Under the pieces are notes generated by a model. That model did not search any database. It was given only the letters and a program-made list of their open reading frames with translations, and was not told the DNA's origin. From the NCBI GenBank assembly GCA_964019425.1, contig OZ025783.1, forward strand, positions 1,302,001 to 1,366,000: a DNA stretch of 64,000 nt. The letters are read 5' to 3'. Of the stretch, positions 33,188-45,767 are shown piece by piece. The position numbers and the translations under genes are program-made. Numbering within the stretch: position 1 is the stretch's first letter; each line of letters opens with the position of its first letter. Source of the DNA: Flectonema sp. DT1601 (lineage: Eukaryota).

Positions 33188-35199
33188 GTAAGTATGCATT
33201 GCTGCTGAGAAAAAAAACAAAAAAAAAAAAAAAAAAGCTAGGGTCGATTGATGCTCAAGCAACAAAAAAAAAAAAAAAAAAAAAAAGGGAGTTGTCGGGA
33301 GTCAGTCAGGTAATAGCGTTTTTGAGGGTTTTAATCACCCCTTTTATTTATTTATGACTAAACCATTATTTTTTTCTTCCCCCTTTTTTATTATTTTTCT
33401 TATTCTTATTCTTATTGTTATTCTTGTTTTTTTTTTTTTTTTTTTTTTTTTGAATATTTTTTTTATATTCCTTTCATCATTACGTCGACAATCGTTCCCC
33501 TCCTTCCCATCCCTATTCTTGCCTTGTTTGTTTCTTCATTTTCTTTTATGACGACTTTCTTTTCTGTTGTGTTTGCCTGAAGCATTTACATTGTGTCAAG
33601 GAAAAAAAAAAAAAAAGAAATGTGAAGCTTCCCTTACTTTTTTTTTACTTTTTTGTTTTTTTTTATTTTTTTTTTAATAAACATTTGAATGAAAAAAAAT
33701 AAAATAAAAAAATATTCATGCTCTTGCACCCCGATATGCGCACTACATATGGGAGGTGTGTGTGTGGGTTTGATTTTTCCCCTTCTTCTTCTTCTTTTTT
33801 TTTTCCCCCCTTCACCTGTGCATATCAGGGATGGACTGGACTACACTCGGCTGATGTGCAGCCACGAGTTTAAGAATCCATAAGGTTTTATTAGCCAAAA
33901 GAAATGGATGTGTGCTTTTTTTTTTTTTTTTTTTTTTTGCACCGACAAAGTCGGAGAAGGAAAAAAAAAAAAAAAAAAAAGAGAAGAAACTAATTCAGAT
34001 TAAGAGCCGTTTATTAATTATGTTCAAATGTTATCTATTTACCTGTGCGCCAGTAATACTGTCTGCGGCTTTATCTGAGCGGTTTTTTTTTCTTTTTTTT
34101 TTTTTTTTCCTTCTTTCGCAGGGACGATTCTGTGTGACTTTACCTCACCTGATGGGACTTAATAAAGAGCTTCCCTCGTCCATAATTACTGCACTTCGCA
34201 CACTTGTACTGTGCGAAGGATTAATTCACCCACGCTACGATTTCTTTGGTAGCAACCTTGGAACGTTGTGCGTGTTCGATGTTACTCATATTAATAAAAT
34301 CGAGAAACAAGAGATTCCGTCTTCTCATCTGACGGTTTTTTTTTAACTTTTTTTATTTTTATTTATTCCTACACTTTTATGTTCTTGTTCTTGCTATCTG
34401 GTTTTTTTGTATTTTTATTTATTTATTTATTATTCTTTTTTTCTTTTTTTTTTTTTTGGTAACCTACAATTAATTGTAGGGACAAAAACAAAAAAACAAA
34501 AAAAAAACAAAAACAAAACAATGTTGGGAGACACAAGCAACACCAACAACAATAACAACAACAACAACAACAACAACAACAAAAAAATAACAACATTACT
34601 GATTTGCAATTTCTCAACGTCTCTCTCCTCTTCTCATGTGACAATTTCGCGATACTGAAAGCAGGTGACTGGCTGGCTCATTGTCTGATCTTTCTTCTGT
34701 GTTGGAAGCAGGAGTCTCGGCCATGGTTATCGCACCTTTATTTAGCGTTGTGTTGCCTTGGTTAAAGTTAGCTCGCAAAAAAAAAAAAAAAAAATTCCTA
34801 ATCATTCCATCTCTATCTAATGAGGCATTTGAATTTGTTCCCCAACAGGCAACGAGACGCCTTTAAATACAATGCTCTGTTAGTGTTGGTAATAGTTCAG
34901 TACATGTTATGTTGTTGTGCTGTTGCATATCTCAGCAGTTGAGGTTTTGCCCTATACTGCTCGTGAAAACGAAGCGTAGGGAAAAGACTTTGATTTGATG
35001 CTTTCTAAAATGTGGTTTTTTGTTTTATCCTTCGAATTTCTGTTCTGAATGCAGAAAAAAAGTTAACAGCGAGTGTCGTTGTGCCACACTCGGATTTTTA
35101 GGGGGGAATGAGCAAGAATAATATAACCACGGCAACTGCTGTATTTCCCATAGCGATTTGAACAGTTTTGCTGTGTCTGGGTGGACGTTGTCCTTTCCT

Positions 35200-35860
35200 T
35201 CCTTTCTTGCGGTCGGCTCCCAACATCCCTCTGTCGCTTTGTGACTGTCGGAATCGACGTGTTTCAGTTAAAGGAAAGTTGGTAATCCTTTCCAGCTCTC
35301 AGCCTGACTGGATTCCGTTTTAGAGTTGTTAATTAGGAGGATGTTATCAGATGTCAGATATGTTCTCATTTCTTCTATAGATATTCTAACTGTTTGCCTC
35401 TCCTTTACACACAACTCGATGATCTGGTCATTTTTTCCCCCTTCTTTTTTTTTCCCCTTCACTGTTGCTGCGGAATATTGTTCTTCATGCGACTCGTAGA
35501 TTTTAACTTGTACTGAAGGTACTGCTGAGTACTTACACGATTCTCTAGACGCCTTTGGCACTCGTGAAGTCGGCTACGACCGCTTTCGGTTTGTAAGTAC
35601 ATATCATTCCAACTCGGTTCTTGCTTTGGCTGATTCCATCAGTCGTCCCATCGGTGTTATTCATGGTGGGAGTTCCCGGAAATCCAGCCTAGATTTAAAT
35701 TTCGAAAAGTAACCTTGCATTCTGCTCTGCTAATAAGCTCTCCGTCTGAGTGACACGGTCACGTGTAAAGGCGGCCTTGTTATTAACGTGCGACTTACGA
35801 CTGATGTACGCCATGATTGAGTTGGAATCCTAAGCCTGCTACTGACAATCAGATTTAGGT
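35200..35860 (-). mobile_element. Probable decayed retroelement RNase H-like fragment
   Basis: GC-richer island; minus strand DSNSIMAYISRK...AFTRDRVTQ, then stops/shifts, then WISG...TDGIS, resembling D...YI...W.xG..N.AD..SR of retroelement RNase H. Confidence 0.3.
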
Positions 35861-36554
35861 AAATCAATGAAGGCAAGAATCGTTTAATAGAGACAAAGTG
35901 AATTCTTGAACAACAGAAAAAGAATTATGACTTCCTTCGAACAGCGACAGTACGATTATTGGTTTCTTGAATAGCAATTTCGTTCTTTTTTTTTTTTTTT
36001 TTGAGATTTGCTGTTCTTTTTACTATTGTCAATTGTATCACCCTCCCCAATTCCAAGTTTTCTTTTTTTTATTTGTTTTTTTTCGGAGGAAATTTGCAAG
36101 TCTTTTTTTCGTGTACTTATGCCTTAAAGAACGTTAGGGTATAAAGACCCTTGGTACAGTTTATCACACCGTGAAGAAATACTTGATAGAAAACTGATTA
36201 TGGAAACCTCGACAAGAAGTAGAAAAAAATTTGAGTTGTCAAAACTGTGACAAGCCAAACAGTCTCTTATTGTTAGTAATTATCACCTTCGGGAATAGAG
36301 CTACCTCCGAAGGACCTGCGCTAGATACTTTTTTTTTTTTTTTTTTTTTTTTAGCGAATTGGCTACAGAGGAAAGACCTAATTCTCCAAGATAAAAGATG
36401 AAGCATCGTCGCTTATCCTGAAGGGCAGTGTCTTTATTGCGTGATATCATGCAATGATTGAAATTATGTTTTTTTTTTTTTTTTTTTTTTTTCTCCCCCT
36501 CCTTTTATTCAAAAGGATGTGACCTGTCGTTCGATTTACGTAAATGTCACATGG

Positions 36555-36585
<31 letters not shown>

Positions 36586-37017
36586 AGTCTTTCAGGTTTC
36601 CTCAATATATTTTTATAACTTATTTTTTGCGTGACTATACTCACCATTGTCTTGCGTGTGCAGCTTAATCTGTCAAGAAAAAAAAAAAAAAAAAAACGGG
36701 AAATTTATTTTATATTTTCTATTCCTTTCTCTGCGACGTTCAGTTCCAAGACTGAGCTACGATTTTTTGCATCGGCAATTTTTCTTTTTTTCTTCTTCTT
36801 TTTTTTTTTTTTTTTGCTGCATCTGGCAAGCACACATAAAAAAATGAAAAAAAAATTTCTTTTTTGTCCACCTAACTCAATTACTAATTATTCTAAGTAC
36901 TACGATGCGGATTGGGTCCTCTGTTGCTGTGAGGCACTCATAATATACAGTAACGTTGGATTAAAAAACTAACTACTGATTAATCTAGGTACTGAATGCT
37001 ATTAGAAAGCAGCTGTC

Positions 37018-37050
<33 letters not shown>

Positions 37051-40000
37051 ATTCTTCCTCCTTCCCCCCACTACTGCCTTTTTTTCCGATCATAGTTCGG
37101 TTGCATTTTTTGCCTTCTATTTTGACTAACCATGTTCAGACGCTCTTTGACGATTTGAAAAATTTCATTGCGTATTGCAATAACGATTTCACATGAAAAT
37201 TTTTTATTATTATTTATCTTTTTTGATTTAAAAAAAAAAAAACAATTCAATTAAGCGACACATCAATCACTGGTTAAAGGCGAAGTGAATTTCTTTTTTG
37301 AGATTAATTTAAACGTTGATTTCCTCTTATTTATTTATTTTTTTTTTCTTCCCCCTCCATCTCAGAAATAGAATAAAAGAGAGAAACCATGTTGCTTTTT
37401 TTTAGGCACGTATAAACCGTGGATGCTTTGCATATTCAGAAGAAGAAAAAAAATTGGGTTCGTTCTTTTTTTTTTTTTTTTCTCCCCTTTTTTTACCATG
37501 ACTGGTGTTTGCTGGTGAGCCAGTCCAGGCTTGCTTAATGCGACAGATTTAATTGTTTTTTAAAAGACATGTTATCCACGACAATTTACTCGCCGTCAGT
37601 TCCTTACTTTGGAAGTAAGGTGTTGACTAGAGGTACATACTTTATATATATATTTTTTTTAAATTTTTATCATTTCATCCCCCCCATGTCCCGGAATTAC
37701 CGGATTCGACCACGTCTTCTGGTCAATAAGACAAACCAAATATAATTTTCCCTTTTTATATTTTCTTTTTTCTAAACGTAATTTTTTTCTTTGATTAACA
37801 ACTACGAAATATTTTTTTTTTTTTCAGTCAAGTCGTACTTTGATATTAATTTTGTTTTTAATACCCTAAAAGTTGTTGTTGTTTTTTTACATTGTCAAAG
37901 TTTAATTGTCGTCATCATACTATCATTATTTCTTTTTTAAATTCTGTATACGAACTGCATTTTCTCGCCTCCTTAGCTTTGGAAGTAGGAGTCGCGTGTG
38001 AAAAATCAGTGACGACACATCTGGTTCTTGCCTTTATCTTAATTAAGCTTTTTGTAAACGCTGATGAGTACTCATATTCAGTCAGCAATTAGAATACAAA
38101 TGAATCAATTTTTTTTGTTTTCCCATCTTCGTTTTTTTTTCAATTCGCCTCCTCAACTTTGGAAGTGGGAGTTGCGCCTGTGGGGGGAAAAAAAAAAAAA
38201 AAAATATGCAGAAAAATATCCTAATTGTGATAATTTTAAGTTCTGCATTTTTTTTTTTTTTTTTTTTTTCCCTTCTTTTTTTGAAAATGACTGCTACACC
38301 TACAAAAGAAATAATATAACAAATTTAATTATTAACCATCATTCTTTCTGAGCTGCATTTGTTTTTTTTAAAATTGTAAAAAAAAAATCTCATTTCAGCT
38401 TATTATTGATATTCTGCTTCGGCGGAGATGTTTATATATTCCTCCGCATCTTGTTTTCCCCCCATTTATTTGCAGTCATTTACTACGCTGCCGCTGACAG
38501 TCAAGATTGTCGGAGAAATTGTTGTTCCTTTTGAGCTTGAAAATACAGTATCAAATTACCCCCAATTCCTATCGTTGATGAAAATTCAAAAAAAAAAAAA
38601 AAAAAAAATCCCCATTGTGGAATGAATGGCCTGACAAGCATGTTAGTTTTTTTTTTTTTTTTTTCATAACTTAATACGAACTATCCTTTGCTGAATAAAA
38701 TTACCTAAGCATGCAATGGATCTTTTCTTCGTAGCTGAAGCTCTTTAAAGGCACATCTGTTTGTATTGATTCCTTCCCTTCTATATTTTCCTATTCTACT
38801 TTTTTTTGCTTATGGGTGGTTTTTAGCGGCGTAATTTCTTTCGAAAATAAGTAATACGCTCAAAGCACTACTCCATATAGCAATCAACCTACACGACATT
38901 CTGTTGAGGAGGGTTACCGTTCCGATGGTGGCTGATTCCGATTCCCATATTAGCGTGTGTTACGTTGTGTGTTTTTACCTTGTTCACTGTTGTCCACCTT
39001 TTTTTTTTTTTTTTTTTTTCTCCAAATATTTTATTTTGACTCCTCCCCTTATAGCAACTTTTTCATAGTTGTGCTTTGAACTAGAATATTTCTTCCTTTA
39101 TTGTGTAGCACGATAAAAGGGTTTTCTATTCGAAGTACAATTTATATTAGTATGCTGCGGCTTTGTTGTATTTCTAATGCTTTGTTTCGCATGTGCTTTA
39201 CTTAGCATCCAAGGCTTGTCTTCAGGAAAAAAAAAAAAAAAAAAAAAAACCCTGCTAACTCTTTCTTATAGAATTTAATAAAAAAAAAAAAAAAAAAAAA
39301 GATCATTATTTTACCTAAAAATGGAACACTTTCTTTCGAAAACTACGTAGATTTACTTGTTTATAAAACCATCATCATCTGTGTTTTACTTACAATTAGC
39401 TATTACTCACTCACAAAACTAAGAAATAAACATGAAAAAAAATTTATTTTTTATTTTTTTTTATTTGAAATTGGGCAATCTAAATTTTCGTGGTTAAACA
39501 AATCTAGGTTCTGAGTCTTCGTTTGTCTTAGTCACACACAAAAGTTACTAAAAAAAACGAACTTTTTACACCGTTTTTTTAAGTGCTGTTCTATTCTACA
39601 CTGTGTTTACACTTTTTCATTTTTTTTTTTTTTTTTCCTTTTCTTTTTCTTTCATGAAGAGCGTGCAGTAAAAGAAAAAAAAAACTGAACAATATCCACG
39701 TAAAGTAAACACATCTTATCGACCGTCACTTGAGGCTCTCTTTTGGTGTTTATTTACGGTGGGATTTTCCCCTGATTAAACCGACCGATACCAAAAGTAA
39801 CAATAATTTTTTTTAAAAAAAAAGATTTTTTTTTATACTAGCGTGCGAAGAAAATTACCCCTCTCTCTCTCTCTCTCTCTCTCTTTCTATTCTGGTGAAG
39901 GTCATGGCGTGTTCTTCCCTTTGGCGAAAAAAGATTGGTCTCTTACACTGCCTGCTTTGTGTATGTAGTGGGTCTGGGTAGACACTTACCCCTGCTGGTC

Positions 40001-40595
40001 AGTTTACGTCTCTTCTCGTCTGTGAGAGTCTCATGCTTGTAATAACTTGTGAGCTTCTCCAGAAGTTTGACCTCCCTGACTTCGATAAATAAATAAAATA
40101 TGCGCGCATTTGGAAGATGCAACTTACCCATCAGACACGACTGAGCGCATAGTAAATCCGTTTGATTTTTTTGTATACCCCGACTTTGACATCTGTATCA
40201 TGTCAATGAGTACAGCGCCGCCGATATTGACGCGTACTTCACAACTTCGCAAGAAAGGTGTTATCGTAACAGTGTGTAATTAAAAAAAAAAACAAATGTG
40301 AATTACTTTTGTGTCAAGTGCCTCCTATTTTCAACAAGCAGATTAAACATATTCCTTCCCATCCCAAAAGACGTTATTGACGTTCTTTTTTTTTTTCACT
40401 CACACCAATTCTAACTGCCGTAGCCACACTGTTTTTTTGCTTTATCATTATTCGTTCGCTTTGTACAGGAATAACATGAGAGTCTGGAGGATCTTTTTTG
40501 TGTTTTGAAAAAAAAAAAAAATAATGAAAAAAAAATTCTTATATCACAACAGGGGGACGGGAAGATAAAACAGAAGAGAGTCTGACCCCACAACA

Positions 40596-43500
40596 ATGCC
40601 GAGTAAGAAGAAACCTTTCCAATCCCCCGAACAAGGATTGTTGGACGGTCTGATGGCCAGTAGTAGAGCAGCTAATGATGGAGTTCAGTTAGACTACTCA
40701 CTTGATGGCGATATGGAGAATTGCACGACATGCGGATATGGAAACGACAAAGGCTTCACAGAATGTATTAGTTGCGGAGAAGCACCAAAACCAATCGACA
40801 ATGAAGTTATGAACATAGGTACTAATTTTAGTACTGAAAATGATCGAAATACAATGGCCACCTTACCAACACCGACCTCATCAGTTTCCGACATCTACGA
40901 TACGTTTTCCAGTTCAGACTACGATGATGAAATAGTAATCTGCGGTAATTGTAAATACGGCAACAAAGAAGGATCCACAGTATGTGAACTCTGCCAACAG
41001 ATAATTAGCCAACGTCAAGCCCAATCAAAAGCAAAGATAAAGAAGTCAGCCACAGCACACCTAGCAAGACCATGTGTTGCATGCAGCTATGAGAATAATC
41101 CAGGAGCGAGGTACTGTAGTATTTGTGCGACTAACTTAGGAGGTGATCCTTGGCAATGTCCAAGGTGTACGATGACATGTTCTACCTTAGCAATCGAATG
41201 CCGAAGATGTCATGGTCCAAGACCAAGTCACACACTTGAAGGCAGGGCTGTCGAAGCCGGGCTCGGTGTCACAGACGTTAAAATTTCTATCGAATCTGAT
41301 TGGGTTTTATTTCCCGAAGCTCGCAAATGGGTCGAAGGAGTCAGTAGATGCACTCTTGACACATCTGAAATAATCGATACCGACAACAAGATAAAAGTCC
41401 CTTCTTCACTTCCCGATGGATCTGTTTACCCAAATACAAAGAAAGAAGAAGAAACTCTCAAAACTTTAAAAGAAGGTGACACAGTCTGGACTCGAGAATA
41501 TGATGACCGAATGAAACATCAGAGATGTGGATGGGGAGAACATTTAAAAAAGTTCTGTGGTGAGGAAGCGGAAATCGTTAAAGTATTAACGACAGAAGAC
41601 GGAAGAGCCCAAACACTCGTTCGATTTACGACTGCAAAACTAGATAAGACAGTTCATGTTCCTGAAGAAAGACGTAACACTGCATGGTTTGATTATGAAT
41701 GGATCCAATGTGCTGCTGGAACACAAATGCCAGTCCCACCAGGAGGTTGGTACGAAACGTTACTAAAATTCCCTCTATCAATTGGAGACACTGCTCGAAT
41801 CCGTCCATACGACCCTCTCATGCAACGAATGAAATGCGGTTGGGACGCCCGCATGAAAGAATTAAACGGCAAGGCTGGAATCATCACTCGCATTCTCGTA
41901 ACATCAAAATTCGCACAAGTAAACCTTTCATTTTCACTACCCAATCAACAACAAGCCACTTCATGGTGGGATATTGAGTGGATTGACGTACCTCCTTATC
42001 TCGTTGATAGGAATTTTCAATGTGTGACGACTGGTCTGTGCAGTGGCTCAGTCACAATAAAAGCTATCAACGTTAGACAGTGTCCAAGAGATCACGAATG
42101 TCGATGGGTTACTAATCCATACCACCAACGTGGAGGTTCAGTAGAATGTGAGGGATGCCGTCGTAGTTCAATAAGAGATGAAGAAGTCCTTCATTGTGCA
42201 ATCTGCGAGTATGATCTCTGTAAGCAATGTGCTGGTGTTGACAGCGTTGTTGAAAGAACAAAGTCAGCAATAAGAACTCTTAGTACAATTGTTTGGTTAG
42301 GAGACCTCCCCCAACCTTGGATCGATCCTATCACAAAACGTCTCCAACAAAAGAACGATAAAATAGCTCTCCGCAGAATAGAACTATCCTGTAAAAGATC
42401 AGCTCTACACATCTGTGTAATGGGTGATGTTAGTATGATTGCTAATATGTTTGATGGTCAATTTCTTCGTAAAGTCCACGGCGATAAAGTAACCGCCGGA
42501 GGTACAAAACTAACAAACCCAATCAGTAAAGTAGACCAGGGAGTTCTTCATGCTATTGAACGAGCCTTTGAGTGTTCAGTCGTAACACCTCCTTCTGATC
42601 CTTCTGTTCATCAAGGAACAGCTGCATTCTTAGGTGCTGCTGACCAGCGTTCTGCAGCAGCTAATAAGTTAGTTTGGTATTCTGCTTCACGTAGAACAGT
42701 TATAAGAGTTCATCCATTAGAGAGAGGTGTTGTTCTAAGGAAGTTACCAGAGATTCGTAAGAAAGCTCGTTGTCATGTCTCACTAGATCATGGTTGTATT
42801 ATAAAGCTTATTGGACTTCCTAACTGTGTTCGAGTTACCAAACAAGCAATTCAACAACTTCTATCAACTCATCGACATGAACTACAAAAGACTAGAGCAG
42901 ATAAAGTTATGACTGTAGTAGTTTCAGAATTGTGTGAAGTACGTCTTCAGCTTCGTGTCACCGAAGCACTCAAAACAGTTCTTTCTCAACTTCATGAACC
43001 AAACTCAATGAGGGATGGGAGAAAGAAGTTTGACACTAACAAGAAACGACAAACTGTTGAAAACCAGAGCAGACAGATTCGAAAACGAGTTCAGGAAGAG
43101 TTGAGTGAGATCCACAAAGTGAATTGTCAGGAATTACAAAAACTGTCACTTCCAAAGAGTGAAATCACACTTCCGACTAATATCGCTGGTGTGAGAGCCT
43201 TCCATGTTGGTGATCAGGTAGTTAGAGGAGCTGACTGGGAGTGGGACAATCAAGACGGTGGTGTCGGACAAGTTGGTCGAGTTTTTGATTTCCCACTCCG
43301 TAACGAAATGCACGAAGGAGGACTAGTTGACGGATGGCTTGGTATCGAATGGCCTAACGGTTCTCGATTTAATTACCGTGTTGGACGAGAGCAAAGTGTT
43401 GTTCACGCATCCCAAGAAGGCGAAAATCTCGGAGAAGACGGCAACGATGAAGAAGAGATAACTCAAAGATTAATAAGACATAAACAAGTTTATTTAAATT

Positions 43501-45767
43501 TAGTAAACTCTGTTGGAGCATTGGAAGTTAGACATATTCATTTAACTAAAGATTTTGAACAACCGGAAGTTGGATCCAAAAGAGACGTTTTACAACAACA
43601 TCTTCACCAGACAACAAGAGACAAAGCAAGGGTAGAACACGCTGTTGAGTCAACAAACTCTTTCATCACGAGAGAAGATGAACGCTCTCGTCAAACTCTT
43701 AGCGCTATAAGAACGATGTTATCTGATTTTGATTCGTTAGACTGTTGTGCTATGACAATAGAACAGTTAAATGGTTCGTTAGATCTTATGATTCAACATT
43801 TAGAAAACATACGTTCTCTCAGAGCAAAGATGTACCGCCACTCCGACTCTGTCACTATTCTACTCGCCTCCCAATCAGCGAAGATTAGACGTGAGCTCGC
43901 AGAGGAAATTAAATTAAACAAATTCAGTGGATGGGACATCATCCTCTCAATCATGCAAGAAACGGGAGCTCTGATTGAATATAAATCTGGAGATGACAAA
44001 CTTGTACTTACTGGGGGTGAAGCAGCTGTCCATGCTGCGAGAGAAAAACTAAAATCACTGACTGTTCTTGACCTCTACGCATGGAGTCGGATAAGCGCTA
44101 AAATCGAGTTATCTGAGCAGCAGTTCACACAACTTACAAAAGTACAAAACCTGCTTGCTAGAATAATCGAACAAGTCTCAGGCGCTGAGTCTGTTAGAAC
44201 AAAAAAAGAAAATAACGACAGCTACTGCGTCATGATTGACGGAACCCGCCCCCAAATAGAGAAGGCTGCAGACGTTCTCAGACATCGAGTAACTCCAAGT
44301 GATAGTCCCATCTCAATAATATGGAGTGATGACTGTAGAAGGATTCAAATACCTGATCAGTCACTTATAAAAGAAGAAGAAACAGTTAACCTAAACACCG
44401 AATGCGAGGTTTGCGGAGACGAACTTACCTCAGGCAACACAATGTCACTGTTATGTGGCCACGTATCTTCGTGTGTTTATTGCTTGAAACAATGGGTTGA
44501 CAGCAGCCTTTCGCAACATCTGCCAGCAACTTGTCCAAGTAGGGAGTGTAAGCATATATTTACGGCTGGTGAGTACCGTTCCCTGCAAGACATGATAGCA
44601 TCGGAAGAAGAGAAAGAAGGAATCTCAAAAAAGAATAACGATTATGAAACAATTGTAGCAAAAGAAAAACTTCGTTCTCAAACAGTTGACTGTCACAGTT
44701 GTGAGACCGGTTTCGCTGTTAGATCTGAAGACGGCGACATGTTACCGATTTCATGTTTAGAATGTAGAGCGTTAATCTGTCCTAATATGTCTTGTAGTGA
44801 ACCAGCACATTATTTCCTCGACTGCAGTGAAGTTGTTCCGAAACGACGTGAAATGCTTCTTCGAAAACGTTCACGCATCACCTCAGAAGTGGAACAGGCT
44901 GAAATTGATCATCACCTTGCGAGAATTGAAGAAACTTTCAAAACTCAAGAAGTCCTAAAAGTAGAAATGGAAGCAGCTGGTGAAACTCGACCATGTCCAG
45001 CATGTGGAGCACTAGTTCACAAAACTGGAGGATGCAACAGCATGAGATGCAACTGTGGTCAAAGATTCTGCCACCAATGTCTCAGCACTAACTGTGAATT
45101 AGTTGAAGTTGCTGGAACAAAAGTTCCATGTACACCTGATAAGCTAAAAGAAAGAATAGAGTCAGCACTAGCAACCTTTCAAGGTTCCACTGTCTATCAC
45201 GGCTGGTTATCTTGTGATATATGTGACAAGTATCCAATTCCTAAAGATGAAAAGGTGTTCGCCTGCCCTAACTGTGTTAATTTATATGTCTGTAGTGACT
45301 GTGAATCGAAAAATAAAGATTCTACTCGTCACTCATCAGATCACTTTTTAATTGAAATATCACAAAGAGAAGAACCAGAACATAGTGGAAGAATAGAATT
45401 ACCACTGGCTGGACCTGATTATGAAATTGATTGGAATGTAATATCAAATAAATCTGTTGCTAAAATAAGTGGTCAGTCAACATCAACGAGAAGTCCAGAA
45501 TCAATACCTGAAGACTGCTTAGAGTCCATTGAAGCGATTACTCCAATTAGTGGAACACTTGAACCTCACGATTGTGACATGGAAGCCCTTGATCTAGCTC
45601 CACCCGATGCATTTGACGACATCGGTATATTTGATTTCCCAGCTGGACAGGATGCTTTTGATGACCGACAGGCTGGTGTTCAAATCCACGTTGCTGACGA
45701 TATCCGCGTCGCGTTGGATGCTTTCATGCATGTTGTGGGTGGTGGTCATCATCTAGCACCAATTTAA
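40596..45767 (+). CDS. Multidomain RBR E3 ubiquitin ligase (RanBP2-type ZnFs, Mib-SH3-like repeats, ZZ-like, KH-like, Mib/HERC2, RING1-IBR-RING2, ZZ)
   Basis: Four CxxC...CxxC fingers; GDQVVRGADWEWDNQDGG; CEVCGD..CGH..CVYC..CP; CPACGALVHKTGGCNSMRCNCGQRFCHQC; CDICDKYPI..CPNC..VCSDCE. Confidence 0.88.
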   Translation: MPSKKKPFQSPEQGLLDGLMASSRAANDGVQLDYSLDGDMENCTTCGYGNDKGFTECISCGEAPKPIDNEVMNIGTNFSTENDRNTMATLPTPTSSVSDIYDTFSSSDYDDEIVICGNCKYGNKEGSTVCELCQQIISQRQAQSKAKIKKSATAHLARPCVACSYENNPGARYCSICATNLGGDPWQCPRCTMTCSTLAIECRRCHGPRPSHTLEGRAVEAGLGVTDVKISIESDWVLFPEARKWVEGVSRCTLDTSEIIDTDNKIKVPSSLPDGSVYPNTKKEEETLKTLKEGDTVWTREYDDRMKHQRCGWGEHLKKFCGEEAEIVKVLTTEDGRAQTLVRFTTAKLDKTVHVPEERRNTAWFDYEWIQCAAGTQMPVPPGGWYETLLKFPLSIGDTARIRPYDPLMQRMKCGWDARMKELNGKAGIITRILVTSKFAQVNLSFSLPNQQQATSWWDIEWIDVPPYLVDRNFQCVTTGLCSGSVTIKAINVRQCPRDHECRWVTNPYHQRGGSVECEGCRRSSIRDEEVLHCAICEYDLCKQCAGVDSVVERTKSAIRTLSTIVWLGDLPQPWIDPITKRLQQKNDKIALRRIELSCKRSALHICVMGDVSMIANMFDGQFLRKVHGDKVTAGGTKLTNPISKVDQGVLHAIERAFECSVVTPPSDPSVHQGTAAFLGAADQRSAAANKLVWYSASRRTVIRVHPLERGVVLRKLPEIRKKARCHVSLDHGCIIKLIGLPNCVRVTKQAIQQLLSTHRHELQKTRADKVMTVVVSELCEVRLQLRVTEALKTVLSQLHEPNSMRDGRKKFDTNKKRQTVENQSRQIRKRVQEELSEIHKVNCQELQKLSLPKSEITLPTNIAGVRAFHVGDQVVRGADWEWDNQDGGVGQVGRVFDFPLRNEMHEGGLVDGWLGIEWPNGSRFNYRVGREQSVVHASQEGENLGEDGNDEEEITQRLIRHKQVYLNLVNSVGALEVRHIHLTKDFEQPEVGSKRDVLQQHLHQTTRDKARVEHAVESTNSFITREDERSRQTLSAIRTMLSDFDSLDCCAMTIEQLNGSLDLMIQHLENIRSLRAKMYRHSDSVTILLASQSAKIRRELAEEIKLNKFSGWDIILSIMQETGALIEYKSGDDKLVLTGGEAAVHAAREKLKSLTVLDLYAWSRISAKIELSEQQFTQLTKVQNLLARIIEQVSGAESVRTKKENNDSYCVMIDGTRPQIEKAADVLRHRVTPSDSPISIIWSDDCRRIQIPDQSLIKEEETVNLNTECEVCGDELTSGNTMSLLCGHVSSCVYCLKQWVDSSLSQHLPATCPSRECKHIFTAGEYRSLQDMIASEEEKEGISKKNNDYETIVAKEKLRSQTVDCHSCETGFAVRSEDGDMLPISCLECRALICPNMSCSEPAHYFLDCSEVVPKRREMLLRKRSRITSEVEQAEIDHHLARIEETFKTQEVLKVEMEAAGETRPCPACGALVHKTGGCNSMRCNCGQRFCHQCLSTNCELVEVAGTKVPCTPDKLKERIESALATFQGSTVYHGWLSCDICDKYPIPKDEKVFACPNCVNLYVCSDCESKNKDSTRHSSDHFLIEISQREEPEHSGRIELPLAGPDYEIDWNVISNKSVAKISGQSTSTRSPESIPEDCLESIEAITPISGTLEPHDCDMEALDLAPPDAFDDIGIFDFPAGQDAFDDRQAGVQIHVADDIRVALDAFMHVVGGGHHLAPI

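Noticed and set aside
32594..38625. Many 60-140-aa poly-Phe/poly-Lys ORFs
   Set aside because: Produced by poly-T/poly-A tracts; no coding signal.
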